Assembly: GCA_040954595.2 (NCBI GenBank)
Contig: CM082581.2
Span: 8,665,413 to 8,729,412, forward strand
Reading direction: 5' to 3'
DNA from: Balanoglossus misakiensis
Taxonomy: Eukaryota; Animalia; Hemichordata
Length of the DNA: 64,000 nt
Each line of letters opens with the position of its first letter. Positions within the stretch are counted from its first letter, which is position 1. The notes beneath the pieces are model-generated. The model saw nothing but the letters and a program-made list of their open reading frames with translations, ran no database searches and was not told where the DNA came from. Made by a program: the position numbers and the translations under genes. Shown piece by piece: positions 29,401 through 42,500 of the stretch.

Positions 29401-32400
29401 AGAAGGGCAAAAGAAGAACAAAGTCCAGAATACAGTGACTGTGGTCAAGTGCACTCTACCAAGGTCAAATCAAGTACTAGTTTCAGATTAGAACTCATGA
29501 GGGCAACATGCACCATACACATTCAAAAAAAATGTTTTCTACTGTTGTAAATAGCCATTGGTATTAATCAAAAACAAGTGTCCATTTTGCCTTTATACAG
29601 GCTTTTATAACATTTGCCCTCTTTCTTCTCTCTCACCAGAAAAACAACTTTCATGAATGGTTTTCTGAAGATAACAGCAGAGAAAGAAGCCTTGGCTAAA
29701 GAACAGCTGAAGAGTTACATCGACAGTTTGGCCAAGAGAGCAGAGAGTGCCGAAAATCAACTGAAAGACCTGAAGGCCGGCCAAGTTCCCTCGGTCTCTA
29801 GATCCAACAGTGTTAGTGCAAGCTTGATCCAAAGACCACAAAGTGCTCCAAACCCTGAAATTCATGTGTATGATGTACAAAGGTAAGACATCTTTCATTT
29901 AAAAAATATATTTTATTGTGTTACAATTATTATTGTATTTAACCGTATGAGTGAATTATGTGCCAGCTTCCTTGAATGTGTATCTATAAACCACAACATG
30001 GCTATTTCGAATCTACAATGTAAAGTATACTGTCATGCTTCAAATTAATTTTGCTTCTGTCATACATGAAAGTAAATCCATTAAAAGATGTTAAATTTCA
30101 ATGAATAAGGTTTAAATGTGGTCATCTCTTTATCACGTTCACGATAAAGTCAGACTCGGCTTTCTTATTTCTTGCTTGTGGTCGGTACTTTGGTCATCTG
30201 TCTGATGTGCGATGTGCTCACTCTGACTGTCATTGGTGGAATCTCAGGTTATCTTCTCTTAATGCATGCTTGATAAGTACATGCATCATCCTCTGTGGTT
30301 ATGCAATCTCTTTCCACCAGAGTACATGCATCATCCTCTGTGGTTATGAAATCTCTTTCCACCAGGCCATCCACTGCCATTCCATTCACGGTGGACTCAT
30401 CATTGCCAAATCGCAGGCACACTGTCGGCATCACGCCGCAGCAGCTGCACGCCATGAAACAGCAACACCACCAGTTGCTCCCCGCCAACAACTACCGCTC
30501 TTTGGGAAACTCCATGGAAGCTCTCCACTATCATCACCCGCATGCTGGTGGTGCAGGTCACCACCCTTTGTCTTGGAGAGGGGGCATGACTCCCCAGCCG
30601 CTGAATGGAATGTTCCAGCAGCAGCAGCAGCGGCCGCCGCCTCCGGGGCAAATGGCTCGTTCCACTCCCAATTTGCGTAACAAGCCGACCGCCAATCGGC
30701 ATCAGCCCGCGCTGCAGGGCGGGAACAAACCGAGAACTTCTAAACCGCCCAAATCTAACCGGCATATCTCTTACGCCAGTTCCAGCAGCAGCGGGTCCAG
30801 TCCACGCAGTCCGCACGCGAAGACGCGCCCGGAGCCGTTCCCGGGGCAGTCGAGGCCCGGAATGCAGTCTCCGGCTGCGAGAAGTCTGAATGGAAGCTTT
30901 CCCGATAGAGTGCCAGAGGAAGAGATCGTACCGCATAAACAGAGGTACCTGCAAGCGAGTCCAGCGCAGAACGGAAGAATGGGAACACCGAATGGAAATC
31001 AGAATGGATACAGGGATTATCCGGAGGATGAGGATGAGGATGGAATGGGTCTGGACATGTTGGAAGCCGCTTATAACGAGATAGCGAAAAAACATGTGGA
31101 AAGAAACCGGAGACAAAAACAGCTGATGATGAAGAAAGAAATGGAAAGACTAGAAAGGGCGAATAGTCTGGATGATTATGATGAAGATGATGATGATGAT
31201 GATTTAAGTGATAGTAGCACAGAAGATTCTGATATGGATGATAATGCAAGTCAAGGAGAACTGCCTCAAGATTTGATCGAGAGAGCAGGTTGGTATCACT
31301 TTCCAGGGGGGTCAGTTTCTATCTCTGGTTTTGTTTTCTGTAGTCTTGATATTTGACAGTCAGATATTCATCTACTGTATGGGGCATCTTCAAGGCATAG
31401 GCTCGGCAGTGAAAACCATTTCACGTTTTATGCTAGAGATTTATTAGTAACTGGATTTTTGGCTGTCACAGTTGAACGTGGTCATGCCAAAATCATGGAA
31501 ATAAGAAATTAATTATTGACATCATCTATGCATTGTCTGTATTGAGTCTCGATCTTGATTCTCTTTTCTCCCCTCAAAACTCAGAGCATGCTGCACTAGA
31601 CGAGAAGAGGAAAAGGTACAGAGCTGCCCTGTTTTGTGTTTTCTCCTACCTGGAAATAAGAACTTTAATCAAAGTGGCCATGGTGTGTAAAGACTGGATG
31701 GAAGTCAGTCGGCATCCTGCTCTCTGGAGGAAAGTTAAATTGGCCAATCACAGAATAAGTTCAAAGGTGAGGAGTGTAGGACCAACCAATCGCAGATTAG
31801 TAATAGTATACTGGTATGGTTAGGGATATAAAAGTACGGCAAGTCAGAATACTGAATATATTTCTGCTCAGAAATAAGCTTGTTCAGGTGTGCTGGTGTT
31901 TGATTAATGGCTTGAAAGAAACTGATCTAGGTTTGTCTGATTACGAAACTGAAATTTATTTGGAATTAGATGTCAACATGTGTAATGTCTGCCTTTCATT
32001 TCAGTTCCTTCAACATATCTCCAAGTTCTGTTCAGAGATGCAGTATCTGTCACTAGAAGGACTGCGAGGAAGAAAAATACATGCCAATGAATCAACCCAC
32101 GAGTATCTTGAGAAGCAAAGGTACTTGACATGTATGAACTAAAACCTTGTCATCGCAACCCCTGGCTGTCACCCATCTCAATTTTTCCAAACGGTGTCAG
32201 TCAAAGATGTGATCATTGACTAAACAGATCTGCTTTCATGTAGTAGGGCAATATGTGAGACTTAGAGCAGTTCTGAATAATGTTGTATGTTTTATTTGAC
32301 AGAGGTTGTTTGGAGAGTGGTCTTGAGTACCTGTTGAAGGCATCAACACACAAACTAGTCACTCTTAGGATAGCTGACTGTAGCAACATCCTAACTGACA

Positions 32401-34012
32401 GGTATTGTCTTGAACAACACATATGTAAATTATATCCTATATGTCAATTGATAGTCAATCCAAGAAAAAGAAATGAGATTATTAAAGTGGAATATGAGAA
32501 ACATATCAGGACATATCTTTGTTTTTTTGTATTTACCGGTAACATGCACATTCTGTAATGTGTCCATTTCTTTTCAGGTCACTCTGGTTGACCAGCTGTC
32601 ACTGTAGAAATCTACAGAACATAATGTACATAAGCGAGTCAGACCCCGTGGGTCATGAAGTTATTTGGGCGTTAGGAGCTGGCTGCAGGAATGTGCTTTC
32701 ATTTCAGGTACCACCGATGTACCCATGGTAAGTGGGCATTAACCCGTCTAGTGCACGTCTGTTGTTTTTCATGGTGAAATTGGACCTTGACAAAGGGAGC
32801 TACCCGGTATTATAGGTTCATATACCAGTATTACAATCTTGTGATTTGTTGAAAAGGTCCACAATGACCAGTTTTCTGGGCTAGCGGTTTACAGAGCATG
32901 GGCATAAAATGGGCACTCAGTACACAAAACACACAGGATCACTTCATATTCTTCAAACATTGTTTCATTTTGATCTCCATTACAGCCATAAACCACACAG
33001 ATTTAATAACAGATGCATGCAGATGATAGGCAGATGTTGGCCAATGTTGAGAGCTCTCAGTGTGGGCGGAATTGATGTCGATGCCAAGGGACTTGTCTCT
33101 GTTGGTAAGTGCTCCAACTCCATCAATGAATCAGATGCAGATAAAAATATGATTGGTGATGTTAAATTACCTGAATCAATGTGTCATCCACTCACATTTC
33201 AATAAAGTGTATGAACCAGTAAATGAAACATTGCAGTTTGTCAGTCATTATCAGAAGTCCATTCCCAACCACCCAATCAATTTTCATTTGCCTTCAGCCA
33301 AAAACTGTCCCCGACTGCAAGTGCTTGAGGTGGACCACATGTTAGAAATCACCGAAGAGATTGCCATATCGATGTGTCAGCATGGTCTGAGGGGATTGGA
33401 AAACCTGATCTTCACTGCCACCCCAGTAACGCCCAAGGCACTTCTGCAGTTTAATGGTGAGTACCCCTCAGAGATCTTGAGAATGCCGGATCACTTGGGA
33501 GAGCAAGCCTAATAGACTACATGTACTTAGAAGAACAGTTACGATAAATGACAAATGTTTACTTAGAAGAATAAGACCACTTAAAAGAGCAAGGCTTAAC
33601 TGTATTAATCTCTAAAACCATATTTTTCATAACCATTGTCTCATTCAAAATATGTTTTTTTCCAGGTGCCTGTCCACAGTTGACTGGTATCAACATAAAT
33701 GTTGGTATATCAGATTACTTTGCTGAGCCGAAGAAACAGTCCAATATAGATGAGTATAACAAAGTCATTGGTAAACTCCAGGTTGGTACATTGCGAGTGT
33801 TGTGTTGTGTTCCCATCTTGTGTAAATTGGTACATGCACTGTGATAGATGCGTAGCTAGTGACATAGGATGTTACAATGTACGTAACTAGTAATGATGAC
33901 CATGTTGTTGACTTGGCTAACTCGTTGTGTTTATTGTTTATTTCTGGTACAGTCATTACAGAAGAGACCAGGTTTGATGGACATTCTTCACATCAGAGCA
34001 GACTATGGGTAG
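26412..34012 (+). CDS. FBXO41: F-box only protein 41 (C2H2-like N-terminus, coiled coil, F-box, LRR-like C-terminus)
   Basis: Exons 26412-27046, 29640-29882, 30321 or 30366 to 31288, 31585-31766, 32005-32120, 32303-32401, 32578-32727, 32986-33104, 33298-33456, 33666-33781, 33953-34012. LPYRCPRCGETKRFGSLSALKTHLEYEHTY is the FBXO41/ZNF365 N-terminus. F-box: RAALFCVFSYLEIRTLIKVAMVCKDW...HPALW. C-terminal motifs RGCLESGLEYLLKA, DPVGHEVIWALGAGC and RFNNRCMQMIGRCWP resemble vertebrate FBXO41. Confidence 0.93.
30276..30365 (+). repeat. 45-bp tandem duplication containing a 3' splice site
   Basis: AGTACATGCATCATCCTCTGTGGTTATG(C/A)AATCTCTTTCCACCAG at 30276-30320 and 30321-30365, one mismatch. Confidence 0.95.
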
Positions 34013-36200
34013 TCATGGTAACAAGAGATGTGATAACATGCCATCCGTGATGTTGTTGAGTTGAGAAGTGTCAGGGCAGTTACATCCTTGTCAAATTTGT
34101 CTTCCATTAATCGAGATTCAATCAACTTACGACCACTGTTAGCCAATTTCTCTTGTCAGAGGTCTACCAAAATTGTTCAGATGGTACATTGTGCTGATTG
34201 TCATGGATGTGTTTGAGTGCTATAGCCATATCATCTTTGCCACGACAATCATTTCATTGATATTATATTTATATTATGATACAGTAGAAAATTTGGTCTG
34301 ATTATTATTCAGATAGTATGCAAATATATAAACCCGAAGTGCCTAGACACCAGCATGTATTAATATGCTTTGGTGACCTAAACTCCTGACCTTGCCATTT
34401 CATATCATTATTTAGACTCACAAAGTCAGTCAAAGAAACTCAATTCTAATTTATTTAACTCCAGTTCATCACTTGAAGCTTTTTGTATACCTGTATTTAA
34501 TATTCTTGCCTCTTATATATGTTGTTTGGTTTAGTTGTTTAGTTTATCACTTTAAGATATTGCGTTTAGTAAGTATGGTTGGCTGTTGTCTGAAATTGTA
34601 CATTTTATCAGTATTATTTTATTGTGTATAAAATATGATCCAGTGTTTCTTCACAGAAAATCATGCTCTGAATCATATTAATGTGAACCCCTTTGGATCT
34701 TAGTTAATGTTACCTCAGAAGAATCAAGATACAGTGCTGTTCTGTATAGAAGTTTACCAAAGAAGTAACAAAGAAGCTTTAATTTACAGAAAACAAAAGC
34801 ATAATCATACATGCCTTTTGTGCATTTATTGTTGTTACTTCGCAATCTTACAACTCCCCACCAGTTTTGATTTATTCAGAAGTTGAGATCGACCATATAC
34901 AGCAAGACATTCCTTCATACTTTTTTTTGCACTTTTTATATGATGTAAGTTTTGGGTTGGAATATCCATGATGTTGTCAGCATCTGTGAGCGTACTATGC
35001 TATTTAATTTTACACCAGAGTTTTCTCATGATGCTTTATTCTGTATTTATTTGTTTGCATGGGGTTACACAGTCCTTGACTTGGTATTTGTGGCAGAAGT
35101 TACCAAACCTTCGCTGTTCATTGTACCATAGGTCGATATGCTACACATTTTCATGGATACTAACACGATGGGTGTTTCCGGAGAGAATGAAATATGAAAT
35201 AAGCTGTACAAACATAAATGGGTATGTTTTGAACTTGTGCACACTTTATACGAGTAGGTTGAAACTTTTGCATTGCATTATGGGAAATGGGGAAAAGGTT
35301 ATTCTTCCGTATTAGCGTGCATCATGCTTTAATTCCGTCCTTCATTTTGGAGCCAGTCAGACGTGCTTGTTCTAGTAAAAATTGGCAGGGTAAAATTATC
35401 AGCTGGTGTATATGGTGGCAACTTAAATCAGTAACAAAATTACAAGTAATGTGTGGAATATTATAATATGTGTATGGTTGGATTTGCCAACTCTGATTTT
35501 TAGAATAAATTTACCTCAAAACAATAGCAGAAGTAGCAATAATAAATCCTGGAAGCCGCAGCAGTATTCATGACTAACTTTAAAGAAGTAAACGTATATT
35601 TATAAATTTTGTATCTATCCTTATGTAAAAATATTTTATTGAAATATTTTTCCCAAATAGCATTTACTCATGAAATTGACTACTTTATTGTGAGGTGATT
35701 TTGTAAAGCTATTTTATTGAAGGTTTTAGACATTGTATGTGTCTGGGGCATTTTCTTCGGAAAAGGTTGAAAGACTCTAGATGTGCGAGTTCTTCCTTGC
35801 ATGTATCAGAGATTTTGGAATAAATGTTCTTTTATAATCACCTCATCTCTGTTGGTGTGTTTGTGAAAAATTATGTTTGTATGCTTGGATTTAAATTGCC
35901 ACACTCTGAGTCAGACAGGAAATATATCAAATAATACAAAACTAGTTGTGTTCAGGATATGCCTCTTTTATTACAGAAATGTCATGCTTGGTTTTGTTTG
36001 AAATAAATACACAGGACTTTTACTGAGGTTGCTTCTAATAGCTGAAAGCACTGAAAGACTGGCATTTTGTTTTCCGATAAAATAACAAAAACTTATAAAC
36101 TTTTATCATTTCTTTGTTTGCACAGCTCGTTAGTGCTTATACCTCCACACTATGTGTGTTTCTGCAAGTCACTGTTTCAGTAGTGAAGTATGTGCTAGTA

Positions 36201-37146
36201 CTACATAAATTCTTCTGTCACATTGTCTATGTGTGGTTGAAGCCCCCTCTCTCTGAGGGCTTTGTTTTTGACTTTTTCTTCTTCCTGTTTGGCTAGTTGT
36301 TCCTCTCGCTGTGCTTCTAGAATCTCGTCCACAGTCACTTGCTGGAGTTCTTTCTTGTCCTCATTTTCTATGTCCTGAAATGACAAGCGGAAATGTCAGA
36401 CACAGAATCCTGCTGGAGGTTTCAGGTTCTGCAAAGATGTCATGACTTGCACACTATGTTAGCTGGTCAGGTCTCGGAACATACTGGTAAGTACACGGAA
36501 ACCATCATTATGAACACATTTCAAGTCTTCTGTCCCCTCGATGTAAAGTTATTGTCACAATTTCAATTTTCATGAACGGACGCATATGACTTGCTATTTC
36601 TCCAAGAAGGACAACATTTTCTCCCCTCACTACAAAGACACCCCTTGGAATGTCGCCGTATTTCTTGCCAACATGGATTCTTTCAATCGTGTATTGTAAA
36701 ACAAGGTTTGCTGCAATAAAAAGAAGAAAAGGCTATCATTCTACTGGGAAAAGCTTGTGAAGGACAAGGTATCAGATAAGCAAAATCTCCACCCATTAAT
36801 TCAACATACGGGATGAAATACTGATCTTGCTTACCAAACTGGTCAATACTACGCAGATAACCTATTAGTGTTCTACCATCTCTCAGCACGACCAACAGTT
36901 TTTCTGCAAAGATAAACATATTTTAAAAGTGTCTCTTGTATATGTATAAACAGTACAAAATAAGTATAAATTTCAGAAATGACCCTATACTGTACTGTAC
37001 TGTAGTTTACTTAGTTAGCTGGTCGCTTGTATCTTTGCATTGAAAGGTACATGACACATGTATGGGGGAATCCCTCCCATCTCCATCGTATTGTACTCAC
37101 TGTCAATTTCCTGTATGAGGCTGGCGGTGCCAGGAAGGTAATTCAT
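36201..37146 (-). CDS. LSM1: Sm-like protein LSm1 (Lsm1-7 decapping activator)
   Basis: Exons 37146-37101, 36903-36835, 36710-36595, 36374-36201 give [82 protein letters not shown]...[10 protein letters not shown]...ALRERGL. The third intron needs a GC donor. Confidence 0.95.
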
Positions 37147-37596
37147 AATGGAACTCTCGATAACGAGTCACGTCTAATGGATGTAGGTCTTTCTTTTTTG
37201 CTACACACTGCGAATAAATGACGTTTTCCCGTCGGTTTACTACTGAGGAGACGTCATTTTCAGTACACACATGCAAAACTCAAACTGTAGGGGAATCCCC
37301 ACTTCCGGTTTTTAAGCCTCCCTAAGTTACTCTAAATTTTAGTCTAGACCTCAACATCACATTTATATATTATTGTGACCAATAAATTTCCCGAGAGTTA
37401 TATAAATCAATTCAATGTGAGCTCTCTTCAAAGATTTAAGAACGCACTATTGGTTATTGCCAGTGATTTCTTTCTCTTCTTAATCTAAAATTATGTTTTA
37501 TGCTCAGCTTCAGCTATGCAAACAGTTTCGGATTTGCACTGAATCTGAAACTTATTCTGAATCCAATGTCAGTGCAATATACACCTAGAGGTGAAA
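37147..37596. promoter_or_regulatory. Bidirectional promoter LSM1/MED28
   Basis: Divergent ATGs 450 bp apart. ETS motif ACTTCCGG at 37301. YY1-like AAAATGGCGGC overlaps the MED28 start codon. Confidence 0.7.
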
Positions 37597-39149
37597 ATGG
37601 CGGCGTACATTGCTCCACCGCACAGCGGAAACCCATCTCTTGTTGACGATCTTGAAGCTTCGTTTCAGGTATTTTTTATGTTTTAATAGTGAGTCGTAGT
37701 TGACTGAGTATTGTACTAGAGATATGGTATCAATATCTGAACTATTCGCCCCAAACAAATAATAAAGCGAGGAAAAAGTAAGGCTACAGATTCTTGGTTG
37801 TGAGGCTCGGCACAGAGCACAGTGACCGTGGTTGAGGGCAGTCTATGTTAGTATGTATTCGCTCTCTCTGAGCGAGGTCACAAGATGTGAATTTCATTTT
37901 TTTCCCGTTTTTTTTTCCACCCATGGTACAGGCACTATTTTCAGCACTAGTTGGACAGGATAACGTCAACATAGTCGATCAGGATGAAATCAAAACAGGT
38001 ACAACAGTGTAGTCAAACATTGTTTTCTCAGAAGTGATGCACTGTTGGGCATGGACTTCAAATAAAAGAATAATTGCTACATAATTAGATTTTGGATGGT
38101 GCAGAAGCATCCACACTCTTCTAGAACACAGAACAGTTGCTTGTTGGCGTGTTCAGAAAGATCGGCAGCAAATTATAGTTTGCCCATTTATTATTCTAAG
38201 ATACTGTATGTACATGTATGCTGTGATATGATGGTTGAATGTATTATGTCATCATCTTGATCTTGTAGGAGTGGAACAAGCAACACAGAAATTCATTGAT
38301 GTGTCCAAGGAGATAGAGGCTTTCTTCCTACAGAAGAGGTTACTACTGGCAACACACAGACCAGAGCAGGTTATCAAAGAGGTATGCTTCACTGATACAT
38401 GTACTATGCATAAACAGGATAGTAGTATTCTCAGACAAGAATGCCCTGTTGTCCGTGTGGTATTTTGGAATCTTAGCAAAATGATCTCTGTCATTGTGGT
38501 TCCATAATTCAACATTGAAGTGGGTTCACCCTGACATGATCATTTGGACACAGTCCAAATTTCTCACACATACATTTACATGTGCATTACAAACTTCAGT
38601 ACACTTTGCTTGAAGAAAGCACGGAACCAGCATAAGAGTAACGCTAGTACTATCATACAGGCGTAAATGCTGATTTCGTTTAGATTCAGGGTTCAAAGTG
38701 TTCATTGTTCAGTCCTGGGTAAAAAAACTCACCTTGGCACTCATTCTTACCAGGACATCGACGACCTGCGGACGGAGTTGTCGCGAAAGGAAAACCTTGT
38801 CCACAGAATGCAGATGAGGGTGCAGCAGTGGCAAGAGATGCTGGGCAGTTTCCAGGGCGGTCAGGTCCCGGGCGGGCGGGTCAAACAAGATGCTGCGACG
38901 CCGACCACAGCAACCACGCACGGAGCTGCCTCCACGGTGACAGCGATAGTCGCTGCACAACACGCGCAGCAAATGGCTCAACAGCAGCAGCGGCAGCAGA
39001 GCCAGACGCCGCCGCATCCAATGCAGAGCGTCGGCACCCCTCCCGTGGGCACGCCGACGGGCCATCCAAGCAGTACGCTGTACATGGGACCTTTGGCGCA
39101 ATTAGAACAAGCCGCCTCACAAGTCAGTTCGTCATTTGAAAGAAGATAG
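37597..39149 (+). CDS. MED28: Mediator subunit 28
   Basis: Exons 37597-37668, 37932-37998, 38269-38381, 38754-39149 give [60 protein letters not shown]...PEQVIKEDIDDLRTELSRKENLV...WQEML, then a Q/T/P-rich tail and GPLAQLEQA. Confidence 0.94.
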
Positions 39150-39584
39150 CATCAGATTCTCAGTTGTATTATGAAGTATTTTATTTCTGCCACCACTGCA
39201 ACAATCACAATCTCAATACTCATAACATTACTGCCACGATTTTGTTGCATTTCACTTTCTGACAGGTAAAAATGTACCAGTGTGCTTTTGGAGATGGAAA
39301 AAAAATAATCCCATTGTATTGTCTCTGTGCTCTCTCATCTGTCTACTCAACTCTTGTTTCAAACCATGGTTGTGTCCTACACAAAATATCATCTGCACCT
39401 TCAAATTCACTATTCTGTAATAAGTTGATCACATTTTTTAGTCAGCACAATAACATGCAATGATCTTTGACTGAAACAAGATGCAGCTGTTGAGTACACT
39501 CATTTTGGTGAGCACAGTTCAATTGGTGTCGAAGCGGTGAGGTATCCCTGACTCTGTGTTGGTTGGACTCCCTGCGGATGACTG

Positions 39585-42500
39585 TCAGTGGATGTTCCCT
39601 GCTAAATTTGACGCGTATTCGACAAGAGTCCTGGTGGGTCGGCCTGTGGGGAGAAAAAATAAACGGAGTATACTTTGTTATAGATCTCTAAACCAAGTAT
39701 TTGAAATGCAAGAATAATTTTGGTGTACAATGTACATGTATGTGGATGCAAGGGCGCCCTCTGTTGGCTGAAATGCAATGCCACTGACCTGCCATGCCCT
39801 TGCCCAAGTAGGGCACTTCGTCTTTGTTGAGCATGACGCCAGCAATGTCCAGATGGGCCCAGTGTTCACACGTCACAAACTCTCTCAGAAATGCTGCAGC
39901 TGTGCATGCACCACCATCTCTGTGGAAAAATGTGTAAACATTTAGTTTTGATAAGATTCTGGAATATAGAGTATCGGGGTGGGGTGCACTGGGCTAGGTT
40001 TCTTTCCAAGTGCAGAGCAAGACAGATTTCATGGTGAATGAAAGTCCCACAAAGCTTTAGAAATCCTTCTTTGTTGCGTTCTAATGTCTGTTATGTGAAA
40101 CCATTTGAAAGATGGAAAAAATCATCACATTCTTTTTTGCACAAGAATCTCAATACTCGAATATCTATAATGTTGACGCAAGAATTTGCCAGCAATTGCA
40201 AATTTCCAATATTTGCCAACTTGTTTTCCATCATTAAACGTAAAACCAATACAGTGTACTTTAGCTATGCGAGTATACTTGTATGAATTTGAGTTATCAA
40301 GCTGCCGACTGTGTTGATGAGCCATAGTTGCCATTTTCCACGTTAGTGTGACTATTTTAAAGTGATAAATGTGATTTTTTCCTTCTGACCGACGATGAAT
40401 TTCAGATTGTTAAAATAGCAAGCTAACTTTAATAACAAAAACAATGAGTTAAAATACTTTGATGAAGACATTCGGTTGGAATTTCTCATTTGAAAATATT
40501 ATGTCATCGTATTACTTGCAAGTATCTCAGCTGTCGGCTGTGCTTGTGAAAATGATCTGGTAATTATACAGGGCAATGCGTTTCTCTGAGTGGCACCAGC
40601 AAATTTTTGTGGGAGATTAAAATAATGCGGATAACATCAGACAACAGAAATTCTACCAATGCATAATACTGACATTCCGCGGTAAGCAGACACCAAACCA
40701 TGCGCAAGGGCCACTTCACATTTCATCTGCAGTCTAAGATAACATGAGGTAATCTTTTATCATCTTTATCAAAACAGCTTGTTTGGTGCCAGTGCGGTGC
40801 AATGTTTAGTGGCTCTATCTTGATTTGTGGTTCTCTCGGTGATTATAAAGCAATCTGATGACTGTGTGGATAGATGCGTCTACAATGTACAGCGTCTGAC
40901 AAGAGCCAGATGTGCAGTATAGTGCCCCCTTGCGGCAGAAATTTTGTCTATCATGTGGGCTATACTATATCATATTTGGTTCAAATTCATCGTTTTCTAC
41001 TTTAAAGTTGGGTCCTCTCCAGAGGGGACTGGAGATGAAAAAGTTTAAACTGACATCCGTGCAGATGGCAAAAGCCAAGCATGACGAAATCTCCCAGTTG
41101 TAGAGCACGCTTTAAGTGCAGTTGAAACATGCCAATTTACCTTCCCGCATTGCCGATGTTGTTCACATCAGCCAGTTGACTCTCGGTAATCTGTTTGGTG
41201 TAGTGTTTGAACAGTGGCATTCTCCACATTCTGTCCCCACTCTCTACGCCTGCCTGGACAAAATATACGTCAGCAAATTAACACAATGACAGTCAGACCT
41301 TTGCAAACTTTTTAATGGCAAAAAAACCCCAGAGTTTTGTGTCAATTACCCAGGAGGGGAATCCGTGTGAATTCATCTGGAAAAGTGGTTTGGGGCAAAC
41401 GTGTTTTTTTTTCACAGTCTCCCCTCATTCAAGCTCCTTAAAATATTCATTCCAATCCCGGAATGTACGAGTAATTTATGTCTCCAGAGAGTGAAGAAAA
41501 AAAAGGCATGATTGCTTTAGAATTGCTGCGGTGACGGGATATTTGTATTATCCAAGTGGACTGAGACTAAATTATGCAACGGTACTATTCATGTTGCATT
41601 ATGCATGAAATTGTGAAACAAGAATTGGGAAAAATAATGGTAAATGACAAGGCAATTTACAAGCAATAATGAAAGTCATCATGTCTGAAAATTCAAATTG
41701 CATTTTTTGTTAAATGGTGTATACTCAGAGTAAATATATACAATGACTGGTACAATACTGTGGTAATGTTACACTTCATGAGACTTAAAAAGACTTAGCA
41801 CATAAAATTTCAGCTCTCAGTCTCATGGCAATTTTCTGTGTATACACACTAACAACTTCCAAACCGTGAAAAAAGCTGCAGGGCAGGTACGCTTGGTTGC
41901 AACCAATCAAAACTGGACAAATGACTTTGCAGATAGCTTACAAGAGTGACTGGTGTTATTGCAAACCTGTTTGTGAATTTCGCTATTCTACTGGAATAAA
42001 CAAAATAGCCACATATACTCAACCTTATGTAAATTGGTCCACAGTTCCGAGGAGTTGGTGAAGATGCCAGTCGCAGCTGAACCTAAGGCCACTTGCATGG
42101 CACCTGCATGGAGGAGAACATTTTTGTATTGATATATTGTTAGACAATCCACAAATAATCATGCTGTTAAAATTGTCAAGACCAAGAGTATACCCGAGAG
42201 ATGATCTCACACATACACGGTGATGCATTGTGCTAGAGTAAAACAACTCTGGTGAAGTAAGTTTATGGCCATTCACCATGGCTGTACCATGACTATGGCA
42301 CTAATCCTGATCATAGTATTCTTCAGTTTTGTCCATCCTATACTGCAGTGACAAAGTGACCACTCTCATGAAATTGGAATTTCACTGTCTATACAAAAAA
42401 TTGTAAGTTGCCTTTATTGCTTCTCTTACCAGTAAATGATGCATTAAATTAGAAAATAGCCATTTTTTATTTTTGCTAAATGAATTTTGATTTACCTGTC

